Source of the DNA: an uncultured Clostridia bacterium
GTDB lineage: Bacteria > Cyanobacteriota > Vampirovibrionia > Gastranaerophilales > Gastranaerophilaceae
Length of the DNA stretch: 64,000 nt
Assembly: GCA_945946765.1 (NCBI GenBank)
Contig: CAMEWS010000003.1
Coordinates: 480 to 64,479 of the forward strand
Direction of reading: 5' to 3'
Part shown: positions 18,148 to 28,677 of the stretch, piece by piece
Layout of the letters: each line of letters opens with the position of its first letter
Numbering within the stretch: position 1 is the first letter of the stretch
Program-made: the position numbers and the translations under genes
Notes under the pieces: generated by a model
The model's database searches: none
Told to the model about the DNA's origin: nothing
What the model saw: the letters and a program-made list of their open reading frames with translations, nothing else

Positions 18148-19515
18148 CTACGAAAATATCTTGTTATTAATAACCAATGCAGCGGACAAAAGCGGGTCGA
18201 CAGCCGTAGAAAAAGGCGGTGCGTAGGTCATATCAAGGTGTAAAAACTCATCAACGGTTTGATCAGCCTGTATTGCAGATGCCACCGTATTAATACGTTT
18301 GTCCGCATCACCGCTGCCAATCGCTTGAGCACCGAGAATTTTTTTTGAACGTTTATCCACCACCAGCTTTATGGTAATGTTTTCAGCCTGTGGCATGTAT
18401 CCGGCTTTGTCTTTTTTAGTCATAATCGAAGAAATAACATCAAACCCATACTTTTTTGCCTCTGTTTCATTCAATCCCGTTAAAGAAATTGACAAACCGT
18501 TATACCTTGTAACAGCAGAGCCTAAAACTCCCGGAAAAGCATCATAACGTCCCGAAATATTTATTGCGGCACAGCGACCTTCTTTGTTAGCGGAAGACCC
18601 CAACGGAATCCAAGCATAATTTTTGGACACAAGATGAAAATTTTCAATACAGTCACCTGCCGCATAAATATCCTTAATATTGGTCTGCATACGATTATTC
18701 ACTCGTATGGCATTACTAACCCCAAGTTCTATCCCTGCATCACGGGCTATTTCGGTATTTGGAATAACCCCGACCGAAACTATAACTAAATCTGTATCAA
18801 TTACTCTGCCATTTGCCGTAATTATTTTTTCTACCTTGTCATCACCTTCAAAAGCAACAACCGCATCAGATGTAATAATTTGAACCTTTCCGTTACTTGA
18901 TTGAACAATTTCTTCTTTAATCAAATCGCTCATCTCAGGGTCAAAAATAGACAAAATATGTTCATTCATCTCTATTAGTATCGTTTCGATACCATTAGCG
19001 TACAAAGCCTCTAACATTTCTATACCGATATATCCGCCCCCGACAATAACGGCTTTTTTAGTATCGGACTCCCGAATTTTGTTTCTTATATTAATACCGT
19101 CTTGAACTTTCCTGACGGTAAATATATTTTTAAGATGAATATTTTTTATGGACGGTAAAATAGGACGAGCACCCGTAGTAATAGCCAGTTTGTCATATTC
19201 AACTTCTTCCACCGTATCACTGTTCACATCTTGCACAAACACCTTATGCTCATCAGGCATAATTTTTATACATCTTTTGTTCAAATGGACATGTGCACCC
19301 AATTCTTCAAACTGCTCGGGACGTCTGACTATTAAACGATTTACATCTTCAATCAACCCTTCAATATAATAAGGCAAACCGCATGCCGAATACGAAATCA
19401 TATTTTCATCAGTATACATATCTATTTGGCAATCAAACTCTTTTGTCCTCAAAAGTTTTGCCATAATTTTAGGGCCGGCTGCCCCGCCGCCTATAATAAC
19501 AACTTTTGTTTTCAT
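18148..19515 (-). CDS. FAD-dependent pyridine nucleotide-disulfide oxidoreductase (CoA-disulfide reductase / NADH oxidase family)
   Basis: GGGAAGPK FAD motif, single redox Cys in SYSACGLPYY, second dinucleotide fold VVGGGYIGIE, and GD motif AAGDC. Confidence 0.85.
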   Translation of the reverse strand: MKTKVVIIGGGAAGPKIMAKLLRTKEFDCQIDMYTDENMISYSACGLPYYIEGLIEDVNRLIVRRPEQFEELGAHVHLNKRCIKIMPDEHKVFVQDVNSDTVEEVEYDKLAITTGARPILPSIKNIHLKNIFTVRKVQDGINIRNKIRESDTKKAVIVGGGYIGIEMLEALYANGIETILIEMNEHILSIFDPEMSDLIKEEIVQSSNGKVQIITSDAVVAFEGDDKVEKIITANGRVIDTDLVIVSVGVIPNTEIARDAGIELGVSNAIRVNNRMQTNIKDIYAAGDCIENFHLVSKNYAWIPLGSSANKEGRCAAINISGRYDAFPGVLGSAVTRYNGLSISLTGLNETEAKKYGFDVISSIMTKKDKAGYMPQAENITIKLVVDKRSKKILGAQAIGSGDADKRINTVASAIQADQTVDEFLHLDMTYAPPFSTAVDPLLSAALVINNKIFS

Positions 19516-19629
19516 AAAAGCATTTTAAAACCGTTTTAAAGATATTAAATTCCCTAACCGACTGCCCAATTATCAATTTTTTAAACTCATACATTTGAAG
19601 GATATTACAACCAAAGTTGTAAAGATTTT

Positions 19630-20058
19630 TTGTTTAAATTCGATAAAGAAAATGTAAGAGGTTCGAGAGAAAAAATGATTAATAAAACGTCAATACTATT
19701 AATACAAAACGATATAAAAGCAATTTCCGAATTGACGGAAAAATGTATTGAAGCAGGAATTTCCGAACGCAACATATTTTCTGTAACGGAAGCTGAAAGC
19801 GCAGAAAGGTATCTTGAAATTGCGGGAATTTCATACGTAATTATCAATGCGGATATGTACAACTACGTTGTAGCCTCCGTAATAGAAAAATTCTCCGAGT
19901 ATTTCCCCATTCAAACAATTATTACCAACGCAAAACCGGAACAAAAGACCTTAAGAATGATGAATGATAAATCATTAATCTTTATAAACTCGTTGGAAGA
20001 ACTTCCCGAAATCTTGTACAAACCAAATACAAGAATTATTTCATACGGAAGCAGATAA
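19630..20058 (+). CDS. hypothetical protein, weakly receiver-domain-like
   Basis: ILLIQND...VIINADM spacing is reminiscent of a CheY-like fold but lacks canonical acidic residues. A clean terminator follows. The true start may be the internal MINKTS. Confidence 0.35.
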   Translation: MFKFDKENVRGSREKMINKTSILLIQNDIKAISELTEKCIEAGISERNIFSVTEAESAERYLEIAGISYVIINADMYNYVVASVIEKFSEYFPIQTIITNAKPEQKTLRMMNDKSLIFINSLEELPEILYKPNTRIISYGSR

Positions 20059-20099
20059 AAATTTTAAAACTTATATTTTATCATCCCTGTTTAGACTGT

Positions 20100-20132
20100 G
20101 CTGTTGAACCCCTAATTCAACAGCTTTTTTTT
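20100..20132 (+). terminator. rho-independent terminator
   Basis: GCTGTTGAA-CCCCTAA-TTCAACAGC followed by T8. Confidence 0.75.
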
Positions 20133-20724
20133 GCGGATTTGCCTTCTTTTCTTAGCGAGCTAATGCGAGCTAAAGAAAATGGCGTCACGGATAAGCGTAA
20201 AACAAAGATAGTTTTTGTGATTAGCAAATAGTGACTAGTGCGGCTAATCTATGACAAAACTACAATGCAGAATTTGACAAACTTGCATAGTTAATCTTTT
20301 TTCTTACGTTCATTTCTTTTCTTTTGAGTGGCGTGGCAAAGCGCGAGGGAGCCAAGGCTGGAGGCTTACGCGCAGGCGGAAGCCGCAACGCCGTTTATGG
20401 CGACCGAGTAAGACAGAAAAGAAACGAACTCATACCCTAAGGGCATCCTGATTCGTACGGCTCGTGTCCTCACCTACGACTCAAGTAAAGAAAGAAACTC
20501 GGCATTATCAAAAAGCACAGTAAATATTTTCAAAACAAATTTTGCATCCATTACATTTCATTTCAGGCTGTCAAAATTTATTTTAAAAATAAACTGTGCT
20601 TAATCAATGTCACAACGGCAAAGCCGTATTACGCCTACGGCGTGCAAGGGAACCTTGCATTGTTTAATTTGGATATTTGCAACGAAATACTTAACCTTGT
20701 GAACGTCAATAATCAAAAACGTCC

Positions 20725-21240
20725 TTATACCCTCACATTATTAATTTCATTGTAAGCATTAATAAGTTTATTTCTCATTTGCAATGCCAATTGCATGGTT
20801 AAATTCGCTTTTTGAGAAGCAATCATAACTTCGTGAACACTGATATCTCCGCCGGAAGCAAAAGTTTCTGCGGCTTCATAGGCGGCATTTTGGGACTCGT
20901 TCACACTATTTAAGCCATCAGAAAAAGCTTTACCAAAGGTATCAGCCATATTTTCCACAGCGGATTTGTTCTTTTTAGAAGATTCTTGAGCCGAAGACAC
21001 ACCGTCAATCTTGTCAATCGGTGAAATACCCATATTTTCCAAGCCGACATTCATTTGAATACCTGTACTCATTATCGGACCTTGCGGCAGCATTGCATTT
21101 TGCTGCATTTGGTTATTCAAAACACTGTCAAAAGCAGTCATTCCGTTCGAATCAGCCCCGATATTGAACGACTCCATGTTCTGAGAAAATACTTTGTTGT
21201 AATTTTTTATTGAATTGTTGGCGATTTGATTAAATTGCAA
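20725..21240 (-). CDS. fliE: flagellar hook-basal body complex protein FliE (extended N-terminal region)
   Basis: C-terminal VHEVMIASQKANLTMQLALQMRNKLINAYNEINNVRV matches the FliE signature. Lies downstream of flgB-flgC. Confidence 0.75.
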   Translation of the reverse strand: MQFNQIANNSIKNYNKVFSQNMESFNIGADSNGMTAFDSVLNNQMQQNAMLPQGPIMSTGIQMNVGLENMGISPIDKIDGVSSAQESSKKNKSAVENMADTFGKAFSDGLNSVNESQNAAYEAAETFASGGDISVHEVMIASQKANLTMQLALQMRNKLINAYNEINNVRV

Positions 21241-21331
21241 TTTTCTTACTCCATAATTATTTGTTTTTACAGTAGGTTAAGGTGTCTACCTCTAACAAAA
21301 ATATACGGGTCGGTTTGATAAAGCCGACACA

Positions 21332-21838
21332 CTATATTCTCAATGCCGCAGAAATCATCCCCTTGGTAGTTTCTGCAGTAGTAACATTGGCTTCATAAGC
21401 ACGTGAAGCCGAAACCATGTTCACCATTTCTTCCACAACATTAATGTTGGGAAGAGTTACAAAACCGTCTGCATCCGCTTCGGGATTAGACGGGTCGTAA
21501 ATTGTTTTGTACGGGTCGTTCGCAGGTGTAATTTCAGCAATTTCAACCCCTTGAGAAATATTCTTGTCATCAAAGGAAATTCCGCCTTTTAACGCAACCG
21601 TATTGTATGTCGGGCTGTAATACGCCTCATGATGTCCGTCAGGAAACGCAGGCGCCGTTGAACCTAACCTGTCAGCATAAACCGCTCTAAAACTTACATT
21701 TTTTTTAATATACACTCCCGGAGTCCCGTCAGGATTACGTGTAGTGTTAACATTGGCAATGTTAGAGGCAATGTTATCCATCATTGTTCTTTGGGCATAC
21801 ATGCCCGAACCCGAAATATCAAAAGCACTAAAACTCAT
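21332..21838 (-). CDS. flgC: flagellar basal-body rod protein FlgC
   Basis: N-terminal FDISGSGMYAQRTMMDNIASNIANVNTTR and C-terminal NVVEEMVNMVSASRAYEANV. Confidence 0.9.
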   Translation of the reverse strand: MSFSAFDISGSGMYAQRTMMDNIASNIANVNTTRNPDGTPGVYIKKNVSFRAVYADRLGSTAPAFPDGHHEAYYSPTYNTVALKGGISFDDKNISQGVEIAEITPANDPYKTIYDPSNPEADADGFVTLPNINVVEEMVNMVSASRAYEANVTTAETTKGMISAALRI

Positions 21839-21841
21839 TTA

Positions 21842-22354
21842 TTATGACCCTCCGCTTTTAACAACATCCAGTAAATTACTTAAAAAACGACCTTCTACAG
21901 TTGCAAGAACATTGTATTGCACACCGGCTTTAGCCATATCCATCATTTCTTCTTCAACGTTAACATTGTTACCGTTGCCATAATCAATCCATCTCGTATC
22001 CTTAATCACCTCGGGAGCAAAATTCCCTGTATCGGAATGTGTTTGTTGAATATACATAAACTGTTCCTGAGGAATCCGTTGAGCCACATTATGCAACATA
22101 GGGTTAGAGGAACGAGCAGCCCCCGGCTTGTAAATATCTTTTTGATAAGCAAGACTGTTTTGCATTCTCAAATCTCTGCGAACATTATCTTTTGCAATAA
22201 TTTCACGAAGCTGGTCTTCAAACACAACCTGTTTTCTTTGATAATCAGGCGTCATGGAGTTAGCAGTATTGGAAGCAATTGCTGTTTGTCTTTTTGACAA
22301 GCCATCCATTGCAAGCTTAGAAACTTCTATAGCTCTAACGTTAAATAAATCCAA
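21842..22354 (-). CDS. flgB: flagellar basal-body rod protein FlgB
   Basis: AIASNTANSMTPDYQRKQVVFE rod N-terminal motif, and NVNVEEEMMDMAKAGVQYN. Immediately upstream of flgC. Confidence 0.85.
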   Translation of the reverse strand: MDLFNVRAIEVSKLAMDGLSKRQTAIASNTANSMTPDYQRKQVVFEDQLREIIAKDNVRRDLRMQNSLAYQKDIYKPGAARSSNPMLHNVAQRIPQEQFMYIQQTHSDTGNFAPEVIKDTRWIDYGNGNNVNVEEEMMDMAKAGVQYNVLATVEGRFLSNLLDVVKSGGS

Positions 22355-22424
22355 TTTTGCCTCCTCTCTATTCTGTTTTCCTTTTTCATTCTAAAGGGAC
22401 ACCCTTTAATATCATAAAAGTGAA

Positions 22425-23699
22425 TCACAACTTCGGCACTGTCACCGCAAAAGTTGTACCGTTACCATCAGAACTTACAAGAAATAAATCCCCGTATTGT
22501 TCTTTCATTGCTTCTTTTGAAATATACAACCCTAAACCGCTACCTGTCGGTTTAGAAGTATAACCTTCTTCAAAGATTTTTTGTACATTTTCTGCACTTA
22601 TACCGCAACCATTGTCTTTAATATAAATTTTCAACATGTTGTCAGCACTTACTTCCGTACTAATTTTAATAACATGTTCACCGTCGCATTCGGATAATGC
22701 ATCCAATGCGTTGTAAATAATGTTAATAAGAACATTTAATAGCTTGTTTTCATCAGCAAGAACATTGCCTTCATACATATCAGAGACTTCTATCTTTGCA
22801 GAAACACTTTCCGCTTTAGCTTTTACAAGTTCTATTGCATTTTGCAAAATCTTAGAGAAGTTAAGAGTTTCCAGCTTCAAACCTCTTATTATTCTTAATT
22901 CCGAAAGCAATACACTTATAGATTCTTGTGATTTTTTAATACTGGAAACGGCATTAAGCATGGAATCCTGCAATTCTTTATTAGGCACATGCTCTAATCT
23001 TTTTTCCATAATTTTTGTATACAAATCAATAATAGAAAGATGATTTTTTATATCGTGCGAAATAACTTTTGTTTTTGCAGAAATATATTCATATTTTTTT
23101 TCAATATCATCACTTTGTCCCAAAGCACCAACCTGAGCCTGATTCATCGCAGCTTCTTCAACAAAAGAATCCGCAAAATCAATAAATTTGTGCACGGCTT
23201 TGTTCAAAAGCTCATTGCTTCTACGCTCAGGCGTATATTCTTGTGTATATCTCATCAAGTCAATTTTAGAATTATCGGAAATTATACGTACAACATCATT
23301 TATATCTTTAGAATTTAATAACTGATACACACAAGAAGTATCTTTTACATTTTCCGTAGAATAATCCCACAATACACAAGCGGAATATCTTGGTGATAAA
23401 AGCACCAAAAACTCTGTATCGCCCCAAATATCTTCTTTTGTAAGATTTTCACCTTTTGTAACATCATCAAAAGAATAAACTTCGGCTTGTGTAAATTCCA
23501 ATCTTTTTAAAACACCTTCTAATTCTGATGTATCAAAAAGCCTTATCAAAACAACCGCTCTTTGGGCTTGGGCTTCTAAAAGCGGTTCCAAAGCAAATCT
23601 GAACAACCCCTTGATAGTTTGCTTACTTACAGGTTTTGTTTGTCCGAGATATATTAAATCTTTTAAAAGATTTTTTTGTCTGTAATTTGCTCCACCCAT
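22425..23699 (-). CDS. cytoplasmic sensor histidine kinase
   Basis: H-box SHDIKNHLSII, N-box NIIYNALDA, and G-boxes DNGCGI and GSGLGLY. No TM segments. The N-terminal sensory domain is unassigned. Confidence 0.85.
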   Translation of the reverse strand: MGGANYRQKNLLKDLIYLGQTKPVSKQTIKGLFRFALEPLLEAQAQRAVVLIRLFDTSELEGVLKRLEFTQAEVYSFDDVTKGENLTKEDIWGDTEFLVLLSPRYSACVLWDYSTENVKDTSCVYQLLNSKDINDVVRIISDNSKIDLMRYTQEYTPERRSNELLNKAVHKFIDFADSFVEEAAMNQAQVGALGQSDDIEKKYEYISAKTKVISHDIKNHLSIIDLYTKIMEKRLEHVPNKELQDSMLNAVSSIKKSQESISVLLSELRIIRGLKLETLNFSKILQNAIELVKAKAESVSAKIEVSDMYEGNVLADENKLLNVLINIIYNALDALSECDGEHVIKISTEVSADNMLKIYIKDNGCGISAENVQKIFEEGYTSKPTGSGLGLYISKEAMKEQYGDLFLVSSDGNGTTFAVTVPKL

Positions 23700-23788
23700 T
23701 ATTTACTTACCATTATTTTTTAATAGCAGGCATAAAGCCCGCATAAAACTTATTAGAATAGTAGGTTGGGGCTTCTGCCCCAACACAC

Positions 23789-24499
23789 TTATATCGCAAT
23801 TTTTACTTTTCTTCTGTTCAAAAATCCGTTGTTAAGAGCATACAAAACAGCTTGTGTTCTGTCGTTAACCTGTAATTTTTGGAAGATATTATTAACGTGA
23901 GTTTTAACCGTTGTTTCGGAAATAAAGAGTTTTTGCGCAACACCTTTATATGTAATACCTTGTGTTAACAAATCAAGAACTTCTTCTTCTCTTTGAGTAA
24001 GATAATTTAACAAGTTTTCTTCATCCGAAACATCTTGAGTTTCTTCTTTGAATGATTTTTGGAAGTATTCAAAGAATCTGGAGGACAAAGTTGCAGGAAG
24101 ATAAATTTTACCTGCCGCAACTTCATCTATAGCATAGATGAGCTGTGCAGATGCCATAGTTTTAAGAATATAACCTTTAGCACCTATCTTCATAGCTCTA
24201 AAAATAAGATCAGGATCATCGTAGCCTGTCAAAGCGATAATACGCACTCCCAAATCCAGTTTTTCAATTTCCGCAATAGCGGTTAAACCGTCTTTTTCAG
24301 GCATATTAATATCCATTAAAACGATTTCCGGACGATACTTTTTAATAAGACTTATTGCAACACTTGCACTTGTAGCTGTTGCCACTACATCAAAATCGCT
24401 TTCAATTTCAATTAATTCTCTGATACCTGCCAAATGTTCGTAGTTGTCATCTACAATAATAACTCTGGCTTTTTTCTTAAATTCAAGACCTCTTCTCAT
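23789..24499 (-). CDS. response regulator, NarL/LuxR family
   Basis: Receiver domain (IIVDDN..., VLMDINMP, KGYILK) plus a C-terminal LuxR HTH (LTQREEEVLDLLTQGITYKGVAQKLFISETTVKTHVNNIFQKL). Confidence 0.9.
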   Translation of the reverse strand: MRRGLEFKKKARVIIVDDNYEHLAGIRELIEIESDFDVVATATSASVAISLIKKYRPEIVLMDINMPEKDGLTAIAEIEKLDLGVRIIALTGYDDPDLIFRAMKIGAKGYILKTMASAQLIYAIDEVAAGKIYLPATLSSRFFEYFQKSFKEETQDVSDEENLLNYLTQREEEVLDLLTQGITYKGVAQKLFISETTVKTHVNNIFQKLQVNDRTQAVLYALNNGFLNRRKVKIAI

Positions 24500-24931
24500 C
24501 TACTCCCCCCAAGATTTCCTTCTTTTATAAATTGCTTTTTCCTGACCTATGGCAACTATACGTTTTTGGTTCAGGCACTTACCAAAAATCGGTAAGCATA
24601 TTTTTCGTGTGATTATATTATTTACATTTTGTATATTACCTCTAAACGAAGTAGAAGCTCATCGACTATCAGGTTGAAATTATAAAGAAAATACATATTC
24701 TTCAAGATTTAGACCATATGGTCTAGAAAGAGGTGTTTTTTGCTTTTGCAACAGGGTTTTGAGGCTTATAAAAATCTAAACCGTTAGTACGACATGTAAA
24801 AAAAGCAATACTCAGTTTAGTATAGATACAATGAGGGAGAAATCTTTTCACTATAAAACAATATAATTTTAGTAAAATAAAACGAATTTTCTCCCTTGTT
24901 AACCTGTTTTACCCATGCTAAATTAAAAAAC

Positions 24932-25268
24932 GGGAGCAGCCGAATAATCGCGCAAGCAATTGTGAGGAAAGTCCGGGCACCCTAGGGCAGACCGCCTGAT
25001 AACGTCAGGTGCGGGCGACCGTGAGGATAGTGCCACAGAAACGTAAACTGCCGATGGAATCTTTGATTTACAGGCGATGGTGCAACGGCGAGGTAAGAGC
25101 TCACCGGAAATATCGAGAGGTATTTGCCGGGTAAACCCCGGTCGGGTGCAAGGTTGACAAAAAGGTTAAGGTGACCCGCCGTCTTTTGACAAACCGCTAG
25201 AGCTTGCAGGCAACTGCAAGTCGAGACAGATGATTATTTAAACAGAACCCGGCTTACGAGCTGCTCCT
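24932..25268 (+). ncRNA. rnpB: RNase P RNA, bacterial type A
   Basis: Universal P4 elements GAGGAAAGTCCGGGC and ACAGAACCCGGCTTA. A P1 stem forms between GGGAGCAGC (5') and GCTGCTCC (3'). It is a GC-rich island in an AT-rich intergenic region. Confidence 0.9.
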
Positions 25269-25341
25269 TTTTATTTTCTTCGTATCTTAGTTACAACAAA
25301 TAGAGTTCTTGAAACTCACTCCAATAAAATAAATCAGCATC

Positions 25342-27633
25342 CTATTCTGGTCTGACAACAGGCAGCAAACTGTTTTGAGGATAAAATTCATTTGTAACCC
25401 CCAACGGTCCTTCAACTACAAAAAACTCAACCATTTCACCTTTTGCTACACGCAAATCTTCAAACGGAATCCTAACCTCCAAAAAATCATTAAAAACTTG
25501 ATCTATGTTGTTTTTCATCTGCAAAACCCACAGATTATCTTTTGTTGCTTGAACAAGTTGAGCGTTAAAATGAAAATTCCTAAACAAAGTAATCTTTATT
25601 TCACTGTTATAAGTTTCTTTTAACAGAGGTAGAATGTTTTCCGTCTTATTTACCATTCTTATCGGAGATTCATTATAACTTTGATTTGAACAGTTTTTAA
25701 AATATATGTAAATCTGATTAAAATCCTTAAACCCTATTTCTTTGTCTTGAATATATTTATTTATATCAAATCGCAAATACAAATTGTCGAAATCATACCC
25801 AAAATATATTTTATTCAAAAATTTGTTTTCTTTCATAGTAGGGGATGCCGGTATATCAATGCAACCTGCATTTTCCCACTTGTTATGGGGATCTTTACCT
25901 GTTAACAAGAAGTTTTTAAAAGGTCCTTTTGGATATCTTGAATGTGCCTCTGTAAATTCCGTTAACGAGTTTTCCAAATATGACGGAATAGGTTTGTCTA
26001 TAATTTTGTAGATATTTTTAAGGTGTTCTCTAAATAAATGATCGAAAATATCATCCTGACCGGAATCGTTAGGTTCACCATACCACCAGTACCAGTCACT
26101 GCTTTGTGAAATCAAAAGTTCTTCCCACGCAAGCACAAGACGAGGGTCATCAGGATTATTTTTTTCAAATTCCTTCAAATCACAACGAGCTTTGTCCATA
26201 TACGTCCAAGCAAGATTTTTTATAGGCTCTCCAATCCACAAAAGGAAATCCCTGTTAATCCACGAACCTGCACGAATATGCTCCAGTTCAAACGGGGTCC
26301 CTGTCCAATCCAACTTGTCAACTTGTTCTATATAATCCGATATTTTAACGGTTTCCAAATTTTCATCTTCTTCTATCAAACCGTATAATGTTTCCAAAAA
26401 ATCATGACCATCATTTTTATAATTTTCCCAGCAGTTTTCACCATCCATTGCAATAACAACAATGTGCATCTTGTCGGGAGAACTTTCAAGTTTTTTCTGT
26501 CTTGTTTTAATCCTGTCGTACAAATCATTTGCAGCTTTAACAGAATCATGACGAGGATATTCAAAACCTATAAGATTAGGGATAACCGCATCTCTAAACA
26601 AAATGCTTAAATATTCATTTTTCTTAAAATAGGGCATTTTCTGGGGTTTAAACCTGTAACTATGGCACAGTTCATAAGGATCTTCCAAATACCCTCTAAA
26701 ATCACGAACAAATTCTTTTTTTAAAGTTTGTTCCAACACCCCTTCATCAGCAATTGTCCATTTAACGCCCATTTTTTTAAACAATTGAAGCGTTTTTTCG
26801 CTGACACATTGCTCAGAAGGCCACATACCATTTGGACGTTTACCAAAAATTTCTTCAAACTTGTCTAAAGCCAACTTTATATTAAGCTCAGCATCTTCTG
26901 TCATATCAGAAGTTAAATTAGGATATGTAGTATTAGAATTAACAGCCTCAACATCTTTCATATCCAACAATACCGGCAAAATCGGATGATAATACGGGCT
27001 GGTTGAAATCTCTATCCTGCCTTCATCTTGAAACCTTTTGTATGCAGGAACAATTTCTCTAATTATTTCCCTTTGCAAATCAATAATTTTTTCTCTGTCT
27101 TCAAGAGTAAACTCACCGTTTTTCTTAGAGAAAAGAACAGCTAATTCTTCATTATCACAGAACATAGGATCAAACCATATAAGATTAAACCAAGCCATGA
27201 TATCTGAATATTCCTGAAGTGAAAAATCCTTAATTCCTATATTAGGAGAGTTAAACCTCTTGTCATATAGCTTTTTATATTCAACATTCGGCAATACCAT
27301 ATTTTCATAATTGGCATCAAAAAAATGGTTTATGATAAACTCTTTTTCATCATCAGACAAATCTTCCACAGGCATAATCGTCAAACGTGAGTAAATATCA
27401 TGTGCACCTTTAAACCCGTAATCATATAAAGAAGCAAGTAACATTGGTACAAGATTGAAATTTAGCTTAAGCTTAGGAAATTTTCCCATAATCAAAAGCA
27501 TATCAAGATAATCTTTAATTGCTCTTAAACGCACCCATGGCATTAAGTATATACCGTTTTTATCCGATTTATAAACCGGTTGATGCATATGCCATACAAA
27601 TGCAACTGATAACTTCTTCGCCATTTTAAACAC
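25342..27633 (-). CDS. glycoside hydrolase family 57 protein (alpha-glucan active)
   Basis: GH57 conserved regions: FVWHMHQPVY, ISTSPYYHPILP, GMWPSEQCVS and AMDGENCWE. Confidence 0.83.
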   Translation of the reverse strand: MFKMAKKLSVAFVWHMHQPVYKSDKNGIYLMPWVRLRAIKDYLDMLLIMGKFPKLKLNFNLVPMLLASLYDYGFKGAHDIYSRLTIMPVEDLSDDEKEFIINHFFDANYENMVLPNVEYKKLYDKRFNSPNIGIKDFSLQEYSDIMAWFNLIWFDPMFCDNEELAVLFSKKNGEFTLEDREKIIDLQREIIREIVPAYKRFQDEGRIEISTSPYYHPILPVLLDMKDVEAVNSNTTYPNLTSDMTEDAELNIKLALDKFEEIFGKRPNGMWPSEQCVSEKTLQLFKKMGVKWTIADEGVLEQTLKKEFVRDFRGYLEDPYELCHSYRFKPQKMPYFKKNEYLSILFRDAVIPNLIGFEYPRHDSVKAANDLYDRIKTRQKKLESSPDKMHIVVIAMDGENCWENYKNDGHDFLETLYGLIEEDENLETVKISDYIEQVDKLDWTGTPFELEHIRAGSWINRDFLLWIGEPIKNLAWTYMDKARCDLKEFEKNNPDDPRLVLAWEELLISQSSDWYWWYGEPNDSGQDDIFDHLFREHLKNIYKIIDKPIPSYLENSLTEFTEAHSRYPKGPFKNFLLTGKDPHNKWENAGCIDIPASPTMKENKFLNKIYFGYDFDNLYLRFDINKYIQDKEIGFKDFNQIYIYFKNCSNQSYNESPIRMVNKTENILPLLKETYNSEIKITLFRNFHFNAQLVQATKDNLWVLQMKNNIDQVFNDFLEVRIPFEDLRVAKGEMVEFFVVEGPLGVTNEFYPQNSLLPVVRPE

Positions 27634-27792
27634 CCGACTGTCTGTGTTTATATTGTATCACAAATGTCAAGACAGATTCTTAACAAGATTTTCAATAAAT
27701 ATAACAATTGTTAAAAATTTTTGGAAAACTGAAATTTGAAATTAAATATTGTTTTTATATAACAGCGAGGTATTTTCACGAGGATTATCAAT

Positions 27793-28677
27793 ATGCCTGA
27801 AAACTATTCAATTGAATCTCCAAAAATTGAATTTAAATTGCCTGATATTCCTACATTTCTTAAAGAAAATCCGGCTAATATCGAATTATGGGGTAATAAA
27901 AAACTCTCTAAAAATTCTAATGACAATAAAAATGTTGACGGATTTGAATATTCACAACATGTGTGTGAACAGGACAACACAAGAGTGACCAAGCCGCCCA
28001 TGTACAACTTTGAACGCAAACAACTAACTATTAAAACAACAACAAAACAAAAAAATGGAATGACTGATTATCTTACAGATTTTAAAGACTACAAACCGTC
28101 TAATCCTCAAAAATATAATAAAGTGCTTAATTACATAAACAAAAAAGTAAAAGGCGAACGTGGTATTGCTATTGCAAACATGGTTTGTGCAAAATCAGAA
28201 GAATACGGCATTGACCCTGAAATAACAGCAAGAATTCTAGATTTGGAAAGCGGCGGTTTCGTATTTGACGAAAGCTCTATGAACCCATCTAAAAAATCAT
28301 ACAAAGGAGTAATGCAAGTTAACAAAACGGCAATAGAATGTATGTATGCAGACCCTAAAGATGCAAACAACCCTAAACTATCAAAACATCAAAGAGCCGT
28401 AGCATATGATCACAGACACTACATTGCGGATCAAGAACGAATAAACCAACTAAAAGAACAATATCCAACAGTTGATGACCTATACAATGCTATAAAAACT
28501 GATGTAACACTAGGGCTTGAAGTTGGAATTATAACTTACAAAAGTAAGCTTAGCTATTCTAAAGGCAATGTCACAAAAGCATTATCAATGTATTGCGGTT
28601 CACAGTACAAATTAAATCAAGATTCTACTGCGGTTAGAAAAATTTGGCCGTTACCAAAATATAAAAATGACATCTAA
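27793..28677 (+). CDS. lytic transglycosylase (SLT) domain protein
   Basis: LDLESGG catalytic-Glu motif followed by KGVMQVN (the GLMQ-type motif) in the C-terminal half. Confidence 0.65.
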   Translation: MPENYSIESPKIEFKLPDIPTFLKENPANIELWGNKKLSKNSNDNKNVDGFEYSQHVCEQDNTRVTKPPMYNFERKQLTIKTTTKQKNGMTDYLTDFKDYKPSNPQKYNKVLNYINKKVKGERGIAIANMVCAKSEEYGIDPEITARILDLESGGFVFDESSMNPSKKSYKGVMQVNKTAIECMYADPKDANNPKLSKHQRAVAYDHRHYIADQERINQLKEQYPTVDDLYNAIKTDVTLGLEVGIITYKSKLSYSKGNVTKALSMYCGSQYKLNQDSTAVRKIWPLPKYKNDI

